Positions 63,433 to 64,000 of a DNA stretch of 64,000 nt are shown here, piece after piece (position 1 is the stretch's first letter; every line of letters starts with the position of its first letter). Made by a program: the position numbers and the translations under genes. Origin of the DNA: a virus (Duplodnaviria > Heunggongvirae > Uroviricota > Caudoviricetes). Location of the stretch: IMG/VR virus record IMGVR_UViG_3300035208_005614, positions 1 to 64,000 of that record, one strand, 5' to 3'. Under the pieces are notes generated by a model that made no database searches, was not told the origin of the DNA, and was given only the letters and a program-made list of their open reading frames with translations.

Positions 63433-63507
63433 AGGGCAAGGCTGGTATCGCACCAGCTTCATTTCGGGGTATTAGCACGACGCTCTACTCTTAGTCGCTA
63501 CCTGCCC
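63433..63507 (-). pseudogene. Aberrant tRNA-like element (possible tRNA pseudogene)
   Basis: A good acceptor-like closing helix (GGGCAGG/CTTGCCC) and a T-arm-like hairpin GCTGG-TGCGATA-CCAGC, but no consistent D or anticodon arms could be drawn. Confidence 0.3.
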
Positions 63508-63712
63508 TTATTTTAACTTAATATTTGATGGAATGTCAAAATCTTTTCTATCTATCCTTCTCAAAAAGGCTCTTATATTCCTATGAGGTTTATAATTCCA
63601 TCCTTTCTGTTTGTATTTATTTATATCTTTATTTTTCATTACGCTATTGCAGAACATAATAGGTTGGATGGTCCGTAGCGAGCGGAGTCCATTAGTTTCA
63701 TTCTGCTACCTG

Positions 63713-63783
63713 CGGGACTAGCGGGAATCGAACCCGCACTTAATGTTAGACAAACAATAGTTCTGCCACTAAACTATAGTCCC
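63713..63783 (-). tRNA. tRNA-Asp (anticodon GUC)
   Basis: Acceptor GGGACTA/TAGTCCC (perfect), D GTTT/GAAC, anticodon loop UUGUCUA, T-arm GCGGG-TTCGATT-CCCGC, discriminator G. Confidence 0.75.
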
Positions 63784-63804
63784 AATAAATATATCATATC
63801 ACAT

Positions 63805-63858
63805 TAAAAAATAAAAACAAAAAGTCCTTCTTAGGCTCAAATTTTGCGCGAAGAAGGA
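63805..63858 (-). terminator. Rho-independent terminator (minus strand) just upstream of the tRNA array
   Basis: An 8-bp stem TCCTTCTT/AAGAAGGA with an 18-nt loop. On the minus strand it is followed by CTTTTTGTTTTTATTTTTT. A TATGAT -10-like box (63793-63798, minus strand) then sits about 9 nt before the tRNA-Asp 5' end. Confidence 0.55.
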
Positions 63859-64000
63859 TTAATGTCCCCTGATGGGGCTAAACGGCTATGCCCAAACAAG
63901 CTATTCGTCGTTCAGACCTTAAAGATTTCTCTCTAAAACCCTCCGTAACGAGACTCTTAACCTTCTAAGGCTAAGACTTATAGCGAGTAAGTGTATTTAG

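Noticed and set aside
63860-64000. tmRNA
   Set aside because: No tRNA-like 3' T-arm and acceptor, and no plausible tag reading frame ending in a stop, could be found. The sequence is also truncated by the window.
1-64000. Alternative genetic code, considered because two tRNA-Gln genes and atypical tRNAs are present
   Set aside because: Dozens of long ORFs, including conserved GroEL, RecA, SbcC and the 8 kb gene, are intact under the standard code. No suppressor anticodon (CUA, UUA or UCA) was found.

Overview
This 64 kb window is AT-rich (about one-third GC by eye) and reads like a segment of a large tailed-phage or prophage genome, with four transcriptional blocks that alternate in direction. 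No integrase, terminase, portal or identifiable capsid gene was recognised, so tailed-phage identity is inferred from architecture only. Block 1 (1-2524, + strand) is the tail of a rightward unit. It holds a 5'-partial class-II glutamine-amidotransferase-domain protein and small hypotheticals, and is closed by a strong intrinsic terminator. Block 2 (2596-16312, - strand) is a leftward early/accessory operon. It encodes a lytic-transglycosylase-like protein, an HTH-metallophosphoesterase, a MazG-like protein, GroES, an NAD-epimerase/dehydratase, a Ros/MucR zinc-finger protein, GroEL, an SNF2 helicase, a Fic enzyme, a CAP/SCP protein, a HAD phosphatase, a type IV pilin-like protein, a Ser/Trp-repeat membrane protein and an SPFH/band-7 protein. 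A divergent promoter region at 16313-16467 separates it from block 3 (16468-31650, + strand). Block 3 is a replication and recombination module: a replication initiator carrying an internal palindrome/iteron array that looks like an origin, a DnaC-like loader, a primase-helicase, RecA, SbcD/Mre11, a RuvC-like resolvase, SbcC/Rad50, a sigma-70 region-4-like protein and a peptide deformylase. Block 4 (31653-60510, - strand) is structural. It includes a 2390-aa tape-measure-like protein with an HNH-like motif and a C-terminal SleB-type cell-wall hydrolase domain, an M23 peptidase, fibre-like proteins, an HNH endonuclease, and three consecutive genes built from a 22-aa tandem repeat. The last of these is a 2680-aa protein with more than 50 repeat units and four paralogous lectin-like domains. 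The right end (61585-63783, - strand) is an array of at least 14 tRNA genes plus an embedded HNH endonuclease, a Leu-like tRNA that lacks the long variable arm, and one aberrant tRNA-like element. One sigma-70-like promoter, TTGACA-N16-TATACT, with a -35 box embedded in an ACTTGnCAAGT palindrome, occurs at least five times in front of operons. Two of these promoters drive long GC-enriched structured leaders that are candidate non-coding RNAs. All coordinates of RNA genes and motifs were derived by hand and should be treated as accurate to about 2 nt.
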